In this document: one piece after another, positions 8,552-18,700 of the stretch
Position numbering within the stretch: the first letter of the stretch is position 1
Layout: each line of letters opens with the position of its first letter
Assembly: GCA_018822885.1 (NCBI GenBank)
Contig: JAHJJA010000149.1
Location: 771 to 64,770 of the forward strand
Source: Candidatus Omnitrophota bacterium
GTDB taxonomy: Bacteria > Omnitrophota > Gorgyraeia > Gygaellales > Profunditerraquicolaceae
Length of the DNA: 64,000 nucleotides
Reading direction: 5' to 3'
Translations under genes and position numbers: made by a program
The notes under the pieces: generated by a model
What the model saw: the letters and a program-made list of their open reading frames with translations, nothing else
Databases searched by the model: none
What the model was told of the DNA's origin: nothing

Positions 8552-9703
8552 CTACTTCGCCATCTCCTTAATTAACTGCAAGGCAATAATGTTTCTCTGG
8601 ACTTGATTTGTACCCTCGTAGATCTGGGTGATTTTTGCGTCGCGCACATACTTCTCAATAGGATAATCTTTCATGTAGCCGTAGCCACCGAAAATCTGAA
8701 GAGCATCCACTGTCACTTTCATCGCTACATCAGATGCATACATCTTTGCCATGGCTGAATCCTTAGACACATCCTTGACTCCTGCATCAACAGCACGCGC
8801 GCAGGCATAAACTAACGCCCTTGCAGCCTCGATTTCTGTCGCCATATCTGCCATCATCCACTGTATTCCTTGAAAAGAAGAAATCGATTTGCCAAACTGA
8901 TGGCGCTCTTTTGCGTATTTGACCGCTAACTCAAGAGCTCCCTGGGCAATACCCAAAGCCTGCGCAGCTACTCCGGGACGGGACATATCAAAGGTCTTCA
9001 TAGTGACAATAAAACCCATACCTTCCCTTGAGAGCAGATTCTCTGCAGGCACTTTACAATCAGTAAAAACCAACTCACTTGTGGAAGAAGCGCGGATCCC
9101 GAATTTATCCTCTTTCTTTCCAAAGGTAAAACCCTTCATGCCCTTTTCAACGATAAATGCTGAAGCGCCGCGGGCACCCTTAGTTTTATCAGTCATTGCG
9201 ATCACTACATAGGTTTCGGCATCGCCGCCGTTTGTAATAAAATGCTTCAACCCGTTTAGCACATAGTGATTGCCTTCTTTTCTTGCAGTAGTCTTAATAG
9301 CAGAAGCATCAGAACCTGCTTCAGGTTCAGTGATACCGAAAGCCGCGACCTTTTTACCGCTGGCTAAATCAGGCAGATATTTCTTTTTCTGGGCATCGCT
9401 TCCAAAAAGAACAATAGGAAACGTCCCTAAAGCTGAAGCCGCATAGCAAACCGCGATACCGCCGCAGGCCCGAGAAAGCTCTTCCGTAGCAAGACACAGA
9501 TTTAAAACTCCTACACTCATCCCTCCGTACTCTTCGGGAATAAACAATCCAAATAACCCCGCGTCAGCAATTATCTTTAAAACTTCCCAGGGATACTCTT
9601 CTGTCTTATCATATTTAGCCGCGACTGGACGAATCTTTTCCTCTGCGATCTTATGCGACAACTCTTTGATCATCTTTTGTTCATCAGTCAATAAGTAATC
9701 CAT
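8552..9703 (-). CDS. Acyl-CoA dehydrogenase (butyryl-CoA dehydrogenase-like).
   Basis: 383 aa with ACAD N-terminal, middle and C-terminal domain signatures. Immediately upstream of etfBA. Confidence 0.85.
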   Translation of the reverse strand: MDYLLTDEQKMIKELSHKIAEEKIRPVAAKYDKTEEYPWEVLKIIADAGLFGLFIPEEYGGMSVGVLNLCLATEELSRACGGIAVCYAASALGTFPIVLFGSDAQKKKYLPDLASGKKVAAFGITEPEAGSDASAIKTTARKEGNHYVLNGLKHFITNGGDAETYVVIAMTDKTKGARGASAFIVEKGMKGFTFGKKEDKFGIRASSTSELVFTDCKVPAENLLSREGMGFIVTMKTFDMSRPGVAAQALGIAQGALELAVKYAKERHQFGKSISSFQGIQWMMADMATEIEAARALVYACARAVDAGVKDVSKDSAMAKMYASDVAMKVTVDALQIFGGYGYMKDYPIEKYVRDAKITQIYEGTNQVQRNIIALQLIKEMAK

Positions 9704-9810
9704 TGCGCCTCCATTTTTAACTTTATTCTAAAACCTACCCACAACCTAAGGCATATTTAGTGTGCCCTTTGTTATTGGTGATTTTAAAATTTTACCATAA
9801 TAATTATTTT

Positions 9811-10260
9811 TTACAATAATTTTAATAAAGCGATCTCCTGGCAGTTGGGGAATTTGCAGCACTTAATACATTCAACCCAGATTTTATGCGGCAACTCGGC
9901 ATTCTTAATCCTCTTAAAACCGAGTCTCTTAAAGAAGTCAGGTTTATAGGTGAGAACAAAAGCCCGTTTAACGCCCATCTCTTTTGCCTCATTCAGGCAG
10001 GTCAAGACCAATTCCTTTCCTATGCCCTTGCGCTGTTTGTTTTTTGCTACCGCAAGCGATTTGATCTCGGCCAGATCATCCCATGATATGTGTAAGGCCG
10101 CGCAGCCGATGACTTTCTTAGCCTCAACGTAGACCCAAAAATCCCTCAAGTTTTCATACAACTCATTCAACGAACGCGCAAGCATCAGATCCTGCTTAGC
10201 AAAAGCATTGATAAGTTTCTGAATTTGCTTTATATCTTCAATCTTAGCTTTTCTAATCAC
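9811..10260 (-). CDS. GNAT-family N-acetyltransferase (short N-acetylglutamate-synthase-like).
   Basis: 149 aa with an acetyl-CoA-binding motif QRKGIGKELV. Confidence 0.7.
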   Translation of the reverse strand: MIRKAKIEDIKQIQKLINAFAKQDLMLARSLNELYENLRDFWVYVEAKKVIGCAALHISWDDLAEIKSLAVAKNKQRKGIGKELVLTCLNEAKEMGVKRAFVLTYKPDFFKRLGFKRIKNAELPHKIWVECIKCCKFPNCQEIALLKLL

Positions 10261-11483
10261 TTAATCTCCGTCCCTTTCGCTACAACGACAATTCCCGAAT
10301 CAGAAACCACGAATTTTTTCCTATCCTCTTCCAGATCATAGCCAATGACCATCCCCTGCGGGATATTAACACCCTTATCGATGATCGCGCGCTTTATCTT
10401 GGCGTACCGGCCGACATTAACGCCTTCCATGATTATGGAATCATAGACCTCGGAATAGCTATTGATCCTCACATCAGGAGACAAAATAGAGCGCTGGATC
10501 CTGCCGCCGCTGACTACACACCCTCCCGCGACTATAGAATCAAGCGCAAGCCCAACCCTTCCCGCGATAACATCTCCCGAGTGCACAGTTTTTGCCGGAG
10601 GAAACTGCTCTTGATAAGTCCTGACCGGCCACTCCTGATCATAAAGATTAAAGATCGGTTCAGCCTGGATAAGATCCATATTCGCTTCAAAATAGGCATC
10701 AATAGTCCCGATATCACGCCAGTATTTTGCCTGTTTCTTATTTTCATCGTGAAAATTATAAACGCGGATCTTCATGCCTTTTTTAAGCATTTGCGGGATT
10801 ATATTCTTTCCGAAATCATGGTTAGAATCTGTTTTTCTGGCGTCCTCTCGCAGTTCCTGTTTAAGGGCCGACGTCTTAAAAACATAGATACCCATTGAAG
10901 CATAGAACTTATCGGGCTTTCCCGGGATCGTATTAGGTTTTGCCGGCTTCTCCTGAAACCCGGTAACGCAACCAAGCTTATCAACCTCCACAATACCAAA
11001 CTGCTTAGAATCAGCCTTATCCATTTCAACGACGCTGACTGTCAGATCCGCGTCCTGATCACGGTGGAAATCTATCATTGAATAATAATTCATCTTGTAA
11101 ACATGGTCACCGGCCAAAATCAAAACCTCATCCGGCTCTTCTGTGTCAACCGTATAAAGATTCTGATAAATCGCATCGGCAGTCCCCAGATACCAGGAAT
11201 CCCCGATCCTCTGCTGAGCAGGTAACAACTCAATATACTGGCCCAACTCCGAAGGGAGTATATTCCAGCCGAGGCGAATATGCCTCTGCAAAGACTCCGA
11301 CTTATACTGCGTCAGAAGAAAAATCCTGCGCAATCCGGAATTAATACAGTTACTAAGAGTAAAATCTATAATACGGTAAATCCCTCCAAAAGGGACCGCC
11401 GGCTTTGTCCTATCGCGAGTCAAAGGATTCAAACGCTCCCCCTTGCCGCCGGCCATAATAAAAGTCAAGACTTTGCGCATCAT
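10257..11483 (-). CDS. glgC: Glucose-1-phosphate adenylyltransferase (ADP-glucose pyrophosphorylase).
   Basis: FIMAGGKGERLNPLTRDRTKPAVPFGG signature. Start moved to the internal ATG at 11483, which forms an ATGA overlap with the marC-like stop. Confidence 0.85.
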   Translation of the reverse strand: MMRKVLTFIMAGGKGERLNPLTRDRTKPAVPFGGIYRIIDFTLSNCINSGLRRIFLLTQYKSESLQRHIRLGWNILPSELGQYIELLPAQQRIGDSWYLGTADAIYQNLYTVDTEEPDEVLILAGDHVYKMNYYSMIDFHRDQDADLTVSVVEMDKADSKQFGIVEVDKLGCVTGFQEKPAKPNTIPGKPDKFYASMGIYVFKTSALKQELREDARKTDSNHDFGKNIIPQMLKKGMKIRVYNFHDENKKQAKYWRDIGTIDAYFEANMDLIQAEPIFNLYDQEWPVRTYQEQFPPAKTVHSGDVIAGRVGLALDSIVAGGCVVSGGRIQRSILSPDVRINSYSEVYDSIIMEGVNVGRYAKIKRAIIDKGVNIPQGMVIGYDLEEDRKKFVVSDSGIVVVAKGTEIK

Positions 11484-12076
11484 CTTAAAATCACCCCCAT
11501 TATTCCGCGACGGATCATCATCGCTGCGATTGCAGCTAGAAGTATATACATGATCTTGGCGAATGCGCGAGTGCCGCTTACGCCCATTAATTTCATTATA
11601 TGATCTGCCTTGGACAGGCAAAGCCAGACAAATAACATGTTAGTCACCAAAGAAACAAAAGTCGCCCCTACCCCGTAAGTATCCAACATCATCAGGGTAG
11701 TCGTTAAGACCGCCGGACCGGTGATCAAAGGCGTACCCAGCGGAACAACCCCCACCTCTTTATCCGGCGAGCCTAAAACCCTGGCATGCGAAGAAGGAAG
11801 AAGTAGTCTGGCCGCAATAACAAACAAAAGCACGCCGCCGGCTATCTGAAAATCCTGTATAGTAATACCCAACAGGCTCAATACTAACTTACCCACGAAC
11901 ATAAAAGCTACCGCAACTCCAGTAGCAGTAAAAACAGTCTGTAAGATGATCCTGTGCTTTTCCTTCTTAGTCGTCCCGTGCACAAGCGAAACAAACAAAG
12001 GAAGATTGCCGATCGCATCAACCGCCACAAAGATCGGGATGAATGTAAGTAGGTATGGCTTCAATATGTTAAGCAT
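11480..12076 (-). CDS. MarC-family (UPF0056) integral membrane protein.
   Basis: 198 aa, six TM segments, N-terminal LLTFIPIFVAVDAIGNLPLF motif. Confidence 0.75.
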   Translation of the reverse strand: MLNILKPYLLTFIPIFVAVDAIGNLPLFVSLVHGTTKKEKHRIILQTVFTATGVAVAFMFVGKLVLSLLGITIQDFQIAGGVLLFVIAARLLLPSSHARVLGSPDKEVGVVPLGTPLITGPAVLTTTLMMLDTYGVGATFVSLVTNMLFVWLCLSKADHIMKLMGVSGTRAFAKIMYILLAAIAAMMIRRGIMGVILR

Positions 12077-12123
12077 AATTTTAAATTATACTACTTTCAC
12101 TCTCTATCTTCAAGAAATAAATA

Positions 12124-12150
12124 TCAAGACCGGTCTTGACCTTACTTATT
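12124..12150. repeat. Partial copy of the AAGACC(C)GGTCTTGAC palindromic REP-like element, with a perfect 16-nt palindrome TCAAGACCGGTCTTGA.
   Basis: Matches the first half of the 48-bp elements at 31429..31480 and 33781..33840. Lies just downstream of the MFS gene stop. Confidence 0.5.
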
Positions 12151-13312
12151 TCTCCTGCGGAGAATCTTTAATCCTGCTGATCAAAGGCAGACACAAAAAA
12201 CTGGTCAAGCTGGACAAGACAATAAGCCATTTCAACCCGATCCTCGGCAGCAAAAACGCCCCTGATAAGTTGCTGGCGGTAAGCGCTAGATTACTCACGC
12301 TGCAAAGCAAAGCAAAAGAGGTAGCTTCTAAACCACTAATGGTGTTACGGGCCATAAAGTCCATTACCATTAAAAAGATAAACATCCCTATTAAACTGTA
12401 TATCAGATCATAAACCACCGCGGTATAGGGGGTATAATAAAGGTAACTTAAGGTAGTGACAGCGCCTAAAAACACGGAAAAGAAAAGCCATTTCTTGATA
12501 TTTATTCTTTGGCTGAATTTATAATACATCACGGAACCGATGATACCAAAGACCGTTCCGATAGTAGCCAGCCAGCCGATCCAAACCTTGCTCCACTTAA
12601 AAGCATCCCTCTGAATAAAGAAAAGCGGGGTGCCGAAGGAAGGAGAAAACTTATATAGAAAAATGAATAACCCGATTACAAGCAATTCCTTGTGGGCGAA
12701 TAATTTCTTTAGGTCCTTTAAGAGCGTCGATGGGGCTTTTATCCCCTGATAATCCTCCTCTTTATAAAAGAAAGCGCAAGCCCCGACGAGAATATAAACC
12801 GGGATCAAGCCTAAGAATGCCGCTTTATACCCCCATTTTTCCGCTATATAACCTCCCCCTACTCCGGTAATCAAGCCGGATACATAAATAGAGATCCACT
12901 GTACGCTCTGGATTTTTCCGGTGGCCTTGTATTTCTTACCCTCCATGCACATGATCCCGTCTACTGCCACATCCCTAAAAGCAGAATTGGTGGAGTTTAA
13001 CAGTAAAAAGGTCACCAATAAAACGATAGGCAGGGAAAATATACCTAAAAATGAAACTAAGGCAATGTCTCCGGCTAAAGCGATATATATCCAGATCTTC
13101 TTATTGAAAAAATTATCTATGATGTAGCCGATTATAGGTTTTACAAGCCAGGCCATTATGACGATGCTGTTAATGACCATGATCTTTTCAGGAGAGAAGT
13201 TTAGTGTTTCTTTCATATAATAAAACAACCCCTGCGAAGGCAGGCCTTCAATCCCCTGGGTAAAATATACCGCGCTGCTTAACGCGAAGATCCAGAATAG
13301 TTTTTTATTCAC
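12146..13312 (-). CDS. MFS-type transporter (folate/biopterin-transporter-like), GTG start.
   Basis: 388 aa, about 12 TM segments. The MFS assignment is approximate. Confidence 0.6.
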   Translation of the reverse strand: MNKKLFWIFALSSAVYFTQGIEGLPSQGLFYYMKETLNFSPEKIMVINSIVIMAWLVKPIIGYIIDNFFNKKIWIYIALAGDIALVSFLGIFSLPIVLLVTFLLLNSTNSAFRDVAVDGIMCMEGKKYKATGKIQSVQWISIYVSGLITGVGGGYIAEKWGYKAAFLGLIPVYILVGACAFFYKEEDYQGIKAPSTLLKDLKKLFAHKELLVIGLFIFLYKFSPSFGTPLFFIQRDAFKWSKVWIGWLATIGTVFGIIGSVMYYKFSQRINIKKWLFFSVFLGAVTTLSYLYYTPYTAVVYDLIYSLIGMFIFLMVMDFMARNTISGLEATSFALLCSVSNLALTASNLSGAFLLPRIGLKWLIVLSSLTSFLCLPLISRIKDSPQEK

Positions 13313-13360
13313 CCAGCCCTTCTTTCCCTATTACTATCCCAGCCCGTAAGAAGGGCTGGG
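13312..13360 (-). promoter_or_regulatory. 5' leader with mutually exclusive hairpins. The local hairpin CCCAGCCC/GGGCTGGG competes with a 13-bp pairing that sequesters the SD and GTG start of the MFS gene.
   Basis: CCCAGCCCTTCTT (13312..13324) is the reverse complement of AAGAAGGGCTGGG (13348..13360). CCCAGCCC (13338..13345) pairs locally with GGGCTGGG (13353..13360). Confidence 0.3.
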
Positions 13361-13430
13361 TACACCAAAATAAAAAAAGACTATCGCACCTTAGCGAGTA
13401 GCCTTTTTATAAAGTTAACCTGACATTAAA

Positions 13431-13823
13431 TTATTTTGTTTGATTTACCGGCATTTCCTGTTTTAGGGCTTCTGTTTTAACAACCCCCTCTACTTGCTTT
13501 GCAGCCTCTTTAACTGTCTGATTCACTGCCGGTTCAGTAAGCGGCCTTACCCCTTTTGCAGCCACTGGCTTTGCCTGGACATCCTTCATCAGCGAGCGGC
13601 TCTGGCGTACCGATAAAACCGCCAGGCTTAAGCAGGTAAAGAAAAATATTACAGAAAGCACGGTAGTAGCTCGCGTGAGAAGAACGCTTGTCTTTGTCCC
13701 GAACATCGACTCAACACCCTGAAAACTCTCGACCAGACCGCTGCCTCTTCCCCTCTGTATTAACACTATAACGATCAGGCCAAAACACACAATCACATGG
13801 ATTATTATCACGAACATCATCAT
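13431..13823 (-). CDS. secG: Preprotein translocase subunit SecG.
   Basis: N-terminal TM followed by LIQRGRGSGL... FG motif. Conserved position downstream of tpiA. Confidence 0.7.
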   Translation of the reverse strand: MMMFVIIIHVIVCFGLIVIVLIQRGRGSGLVESFQGVESMFGTKTSVLLTRATTVLSVIFFFTCLSLAVLSVRQSRSLMKDVQAKPVAAKGVRPLTEPAVNQTVKEAAKQVEGVVKTEALKQEMPVNQTK

Positions 13824-14587
13824 TTTGTTACCTCATTGGCTTTCTTTACTATATCCACAAAACTCTCAACTTTAAGGCTGGCTCCCCCGACCAAAGCTCC
13901 ATCCACATCAGCCTTCTTCATCAAATCAACAATATTCTCCGGTTTTACGCTTCCCCCGTATTGGATCCTTATACTCTGCGCAATATCAACGCCATATAGC
14001 CTCACCAACAAATCGCGTATATACTTATGCGCCTCTTGCGCCTGCTCGGGAGTTGCCGTCTTTCCCGTGCCAATAGCCCAAACCGGCTCATAAGCAATGA
14101 TTAACTTTTGCGCCTCTTCGGCAGTAATATCCTTTAGGCCGTTAAGGACATGGTCCTCTAAGACTTTAAAGGTGAGGCCCTTTTCCCTCTCGGCGAGCAT
14201 CTCCCCCACGCACATAATAGGAGTCAAATCATACGACAAAGCAGCTTTGACTTTTTTATTTACTGTTTCATTAGTCTCATTAAAAAACTGCCTGCGCTCA
14301 GAGTGGCCTATAATAACGAATTTACAGCCCGCATCCTTAAGCATTTTTCCGGAAACCTCACCCGTAAAAGCCCCCTCATCCTGCCAGTAAAGATCCTGGC
14401 CACCCAGAAGGATATTACTGGTTTCCAAAGCATCAGCCAGATATCCCAGCAATGTAAAGGGCGGACAGATCACCACCTCCGTATCTTCTATCTGAAAAAG
14501 CTCTCTCCTTAAGGCAACCGCTAACTCCTGTCCGTCCTTAAGGGTCTTGTACATCTTCCAGTTTCCGGCAATAATAGTTTTTCGCAT
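13820..14587 (-). CDS. tpiA: Triosephosphate isomerase.
   Basis: IIAGNWKMYKT ... IIGHSERR ... AYEPVWAIGTGKTAT signatures. Confidence 0.9.
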   Translation of the reverse strand: MRKTIIAGNWKMYKTLKDGQELAVALRRELFQIEDTEVVICPPFTLLGYLADALETSNILLGGQDLYWQDEGAFTGEVSGKMLKDAGCKFVIIGHSERRQFFNETNETVNKKVKAALSYDLTPIMCVGEMLAEREKGLTFKVLEDHVLNGLKDITAEEAQKLIIAYEPVWAIGTGKTATPEQAQEAHKYIRDLLVRLYGVDIAQSIRIQYGGSVKPENIVDLMKKADVDGALVGGASLKVESFVDIVKKANEVTK

Positions 14588-14588
14588 A

Positions 14589-15770
14589 TTATTTATCTGT
14601 CAATGCAGCTACTCCCGGCAAAACCTTTCCTTCCAAATATTCTAAGCTAGCCCCTCCGCCGGTAGAAATATGGCTCATCTTGTCTTCACACTTAAATTTC
14701 GCTACCGCGGCTGCCGTATCGCCTCCGCCGATTATCGAAGTTGCCTTAAGAGTCGCTACAAACTTGACGATCTCCTGCGTCCCTTTGCTAAAAGCATCCA
14801 TTTCAAAAATTCCTAAAGGTCCGTTCCATACGATCGTCTTTGCTGATTTTAATTTCTCTTCGAATAAGGCAATGGTTTTTGGACCGATATCTACGCCGAT
14901 CTTTCCCTCCGGAATATTATCTCCGACGATCTCAGTTTTGGCATTAGCATCGATTGCCTCGACAATGACGTTATCTACCGGCAAGAGTATCTCTTTCTTT
15001 AACTGCGCGGCTTTATCAAGGATAGTTTTAGCTAAATCTAGCTTGTCCTTCTCAAGCTTTGAATTACCGATCTGTTTTCCTTGCGCCTTTAAAAAGGTAT
15101 AAGCCATGCCTCCGCCGATCAATATACAGTCGCACTTGGGAAGCAGGTTCTCTATCATCTGTATCTTATCAGAGACCTTTGCCCCTCCTAAAATGACCAT
15201 AAAAGGCCGAGCAGGATTTGCAACCGCGTTTCCCAAATATTGGATCTCCTTTTCCAGAAGAAAACCCGCCGCAGATTTAAGATAATGCGTGACACCTTCA
15301 GTAGAGGCGTGCGCGCGGTGGGCCGTGCCAAAGGCGTCATTCACAAACACATCTCCGAGTGAAGCCAACTGTTTAGCAAAGGCGGCATCATTTGCCTCTT
15401 CTTCGGCGTGATAACGCAGGTTCTCCAATAAAACCACCCTATCTTTGGTCGAACCTATTTCCTTCTTTATGTTCTCGTCCACGCAATCGCTTAAAAAACT
15501 GACATTCTCGCCTAAAAGCTCTTTTAGCCTTGCGGCAACAGGCTTAAGGCTGTATTTAGCCACTACCTTGCCATCCGGCCTGCCTAAATGACTCATCAAA
15601 ACAAGCTTTTTAGCCCCGTTTTGCAGAATATATTTTATGGTCGGCAAAGTCGCTCGAATGCGCGTATCGTCGGTAATATTTAAATTCGCGTCCTGCGGGA
15701 CATTAAAATCAGCGCGCATAAGGACCGTCTTGTCTTTTAAATCGAGGTCTTTCACTGTCATTTTAGCCAT
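14589..15770 (-). CDS. pgk: Phosphoglycerate kinase.
   Basis: RADFNVP ... full PGK fold, 393 aa. Confidence 0.9.
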   Translation of the reverse strand: MAKMTVKDLDLKDKTVLMRADFNVPQDANLNITDDTRIRATLPTIKYILQNGAKKLVLMSHLGRPDGKVVAKYSLKPVAARLKELLGENVSFLSDCVDENIKKEIGSTKDRVVLLENLRYHAEEEANDAAFAKQLASLGDVFVNDAFGTAHRAHASTEGVTHYLKSAAGFLLEKEIQYLGNAVANPARPFMVILGGAKVSDKIQMIENLLPKCDCILIGGGMAYTFLKAQGKQIGNSKLEKDKLDLAKTILDKAAQLKKEILLPVDNVIVEAIDANAKTEIVGDNIPEGKIGVDIGPKTIALFEEKLKSAKTIVWNGPLGIFEMDAFSKGTQEIVKFVATLKATSIIGGGDTAAAVAKFKCEDKMSHISTGGGASLEYLEGKVLPGVAALTDK

Positions 15771-15873
15771 TCTTAAGCCTCCGTTATGAAGTTTAAAATA
15801 TATCTCAAATTCAGGCCTTTGTCAATAACTCATTTTCAAAATAATGGGCCTGGTTTCCTGTTTTTCCTTAAAG

Positions 15874-16611
15874 TTAATATTTGACTTTGACAAGGCATAG
15901 CCCCCGAGCAGGAGCCGTGGGGCCGGCCAATCCCCTATCCTTAGAACGCAATATCCTGATTAAGTCTCCCTTGGTAAATCTGCCCCTGCCTATTTCCAGA
16001 AGCGTTCCCACGATATTTCTCGCCATATTATAAAGAAATCCATCTGCCTCGAGCTGAAACTCTATTAAGTCCCCATCCTTATCGATCCTGATTCTTTTTA
16101 TAGTCTTAAAGGGGTTTCTTTCCGTCTTGTCGGCTGCCTGAAAGGCCTTAAAATTATGCCTGCCCAAGAGGCATTTTGCCTCCTGCCTCATAAGCCTTAG
16201 ATTTAACGGGAAAGAAAATAAATGCGACCTATTCCTTAGAAAAGCGCTAGAATAAGAACGATTTAGAACCATATAACGGTAAATCTTTGATTTGGCGCTA
16301 AAACGCGAGTGGAAATCAACCGGAACTTCCTTTACTTTAGAAACTACGATATCCTTCGGGAGGAAAGTATTCAGGGCCAACTGTAACTTATTAAGAGGTA
16401 TACTGGAACCAGTCTTAAAATTAGCGACTTGGGCTTCGGCATGGACCCCTGCGTCCGTCCTGCCGGAAACAATTAAACTGACTTTTTCCCGCAGGATCTT
16501 CTTAAGGGCTTTCTCTATCGTTGCCTGTATTGATTTACCGCTATCCTGCACCTGCCAGCCGCAATAATTTGTCCCGTCGTATTCTATCTCGAGCCTGATA
16601 TTGCGACTCAA
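15874..16611 (-). CDS. truA: tRNA pseudouridine(38-40) synthase.
   Basis: IEYDGTNYCGWQVQ ... SGRTDAGVHA motifs. Confidence 0.85.
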   Translation of the reverse strand: MSRNIRLEIEYDGTNYCGWQVQDSGKSIQATIEKALKKILREKVSLIVSGRTDAGVHAEAQVANFKTGSSIPLNKLQLALNTFLPKDIVVSKVKEVPVDFHSRFSAKSKIYRYMVLNRSYSSAFLRNRSHLFSFPLNLRLMRQEAKCLLGRHNFKAFQAADKTERNPFKTIKRIRIDKDGDLIEFQLEADGFLYNMARNIVGTLLEIGRGRFTKGDLIRILRSKDRGLAGPTAPARGLCLVKVKY

Positions 16612-17630
16612 CTTATTAAAACCTCGGCGATTTGCACCGCATTAGTAGCAGCGCCCTTACGCAAATTATCGGCAACTACCCAAAGCCACAATCCGTTTTT
16701 TACAAAAGCATCTTTGCGGATCCGGCCGATAAAAGTCTCGTCTTTACCTTCCGAGTCCTTAGGCATAGGATAGAGATTATCCTTGGGTTCATCTATCACA
16801 ATAACGCCCGGGGCTTTTGAAAGAATATCTTTTACCTTTTCAGGTTCAATGTTTTTATCAGTCTCGATGTATACCGACTCAGAATGCCCGGTCCTTACCG
16901 GTACCCTGACGGTAGTAGCGGATATTTTTATTTTATCATCGTGCATGATCTTGTGCGTCTCGCGCACCAGCTTCCACTCTTCGCTGGTATAATCAAGCTC
17001 CGCAAACCCGCCGATATGAGGAAAAACATTGTACGCCAATTGCTGGGACATAGATTTATTCTCTGCGTTCACATGCACATTACTATAACCTCCGGAGCCT
17101 ATCAGGGAATTTTCTTCTTTTAACTGCTCCACGGCAGCCTTGCCCGCGCCGCTTGAAGCCTGAAGGGTAGTGACAATAACCCTCTTTATCCCGGCTTTTT
17201 TATAAATAGGCCAAAGGGCCACAACCATCTGAATGGTCGAGCAATTCGGATTAGCGATGATACCTTTATGTTTTTTTGCGTCTTTTGGGTTTACTTCTGG
17301 GACGACCAATGGGACATCGGGGTCCATCCTAAAGTCAGCCCCGTTATCAATGACCACAGCTCCCCTTTTTACCGCCTCTTTAGCAAAAGTTACTGCGGCG
17401 CCTTTTTCACCTTCGGTCCCGGCAAACAAAGCAATATCCACGCCTTTAAAACCCTCGGCAGAAACGGGTTGGACTGAATAAGTCTGGCCGTCGACTTCGA
17501 TATTTCGAGCTGAACGCGCAAACACGCGTAATTCCCCGAGAGGGAAATTGCGCTGTTTTAAAACGCGCAGCATCTCAACGCCGACTACGCCGGCGCCAAT
17601 GACCGCGACATTGACTTTAGATTTTTTCAT
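16608..17630 (-). CDS. asd: Aspartate-semialdehyde dehydrogenase.
   Basis: VAVIGAGVVG Rossmann motif and the active-site ANPNCST motif. Confidence 0.85.
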   Translation of the reverse strand: MKKSKVNVAVIGAGVVGVEMLRVLKQRNFPLGELRVFARSARNIEVDGQTYSVQPVSAEGFKGVDIALFAGTEGEKGAAVTFAKEAVKRGAVVIDNGADFRMDPDVPLVVPEVNPKDAKKHKGIIANPNCSTIQMVVALWPIYKKAGIKRVIVTTLQASSGAGKAAVEQLKEENSLIGSGGYSNVHVNAENKSMSQQLAYNVFPHIGGFAELDYTSEEWKLVRETHKIMHDDKIKISATTVRVPVRTGHSESVYIETDKNIEPEKVKDILSKAPGVIVIDEPKDNLYPMPKDSEGKDETFIGRIRKDAFVKNGLWLWVVADNLRKGAATNAVQIAEVLIS

Positions 17631-18688
17631 AGGTTCTCCTCCAGGTATTTAACTACGAGGTCTCCAACTTCGGAGGTCGAATGCCCCATCTTTCCTGCGG
17701 CAAGAGAAGCTAATTTTTCCCTGGTGACCTTTATCACCGCATCTTCTATTGCCTTTGCAGCTTTTTCCTCTCCTAAAGTCTCAAGCATCATGCCCCCGGC
17801 GCAAATCGCTGCCAGAGGATTGATCACATTTTTACCTGTATATTTCGGCGCGCTTCCTCCTATCGGTTCAAACATTGAAACACCCTTAGGATTGATATTA
17901 CCTCCGGCGGCAATACCCATGCCACCCTGAACCATAGCCCCTAAATCGGTAACAATGTCTCCGAACATATTATCGGTTACGATCACATCAAACCACTCCG
18001 GGTTCTTTACGAACCACATAGTAGTCGCGTCCACATGAGCGTAATCAGTGGCAATATCGGAATACTCCTTGGCGACCTCATGGAATGTTCTTTCCCATAA
18101 ATCCCAGGCGTATGTAAGGACGTTTGTTTTGCCGCAAAGCGTAAGCTTTTTTCGTTTATTTCGCTTACGGCAATATTCAAAGGCATAGCGGATGCAGCGC
18201 TCAACACCCTTACGGGTGTTGTAAGAGATCTGAATAGCGACCTCCTCTTTGGTGCCTTTTTTCTGAAACTCCCCCATACCTTTATACAGGCCTTCAGAGT
18301 TTTCTCTAACGACCACAAAATCAATATCCTCCGGCTTCTTATCCTTCAAAGGACAGAACCTCTCATCGTATAATTTAACCGGCCGCAGATTTATATATTG
18401 ATCCAGAGAGAATCTTAACTTTAAAAGCACGCTGGTCTCGAGTATCCCCGGTTTTACATCCGGATGGCCTACTGCACCCAAATAAATAGCGTAATATTTT
18501 CTTAACTCCTCTATATCCCCATCCTCTACCAGCTTTCCGGTTTTTAAATAACGCTCCCCGCTAAAGTCAAAAGCCTTGGATTCATATTTAAAACCAAACT
18601 TCTTAGACGCGGCCTCTAATACTTTTAAACCCTCACGAATAACCTCTGGGCCGGTACCATCTCCGGGGATAACAGCTATTTTATACAT
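17627..18688 (-). CDS. leuB: 3-isopropylmalate dehydrogenase.
   Basis: [13 protein letters not shown] ... isocitrate/IPMDH family. Adjacent to leuD and leuC. Confidence 0.8.
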   Translation of the reverse strand: MYKIAVIPGDGTGPEVIREGLKVLEAASKKFGFKYESKAFDFSGERYLKTGKLVEDGDIEELRKYYAIYLGAVGHPDVKPGILETSVLLKLRFSLDQYINLRPVKLYDERFCPLKDKKPEDIDFVVVRENSEGLYKGMGEFQKKGTKEEVAIQISYNTRKGVERCIRYAFEYCRKRNKRKKLTLCGKTNVLTYAWDLWERTFHEVAKEYSDIATDYAHVDATTMWFVKNPEWFDVIVTDNMFGDIVTDLGAMVQGGMGIAAGGNINPKGVSMFEPIGGSAPKYTGKNVINPLAAICAGGMMLETLGEEKAAKAIEDAVIKVTREKLASLAAGKMGHSTSEVGDLVVKYLEENL

Positions 18689-18700
18689 GATCTCTCCTAT

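Noticed and set aside
10257-11621. The 46-aa N-terminal extension on glgC. Similar upstream extensions on fabG (16 aa), rsmD (17 aa), GT2 51713..52777 (31 aa), MT 52675..53508 (15 aa) and KR 35805..36587 (12 aa).
   Set aside because: The extensions overlap the upstream gene. The internal ATG gives a canonical family N-terminus plus an ATGA overlap or an SD (GAGGTG for fabG). The extensions are basic or low-complexity.
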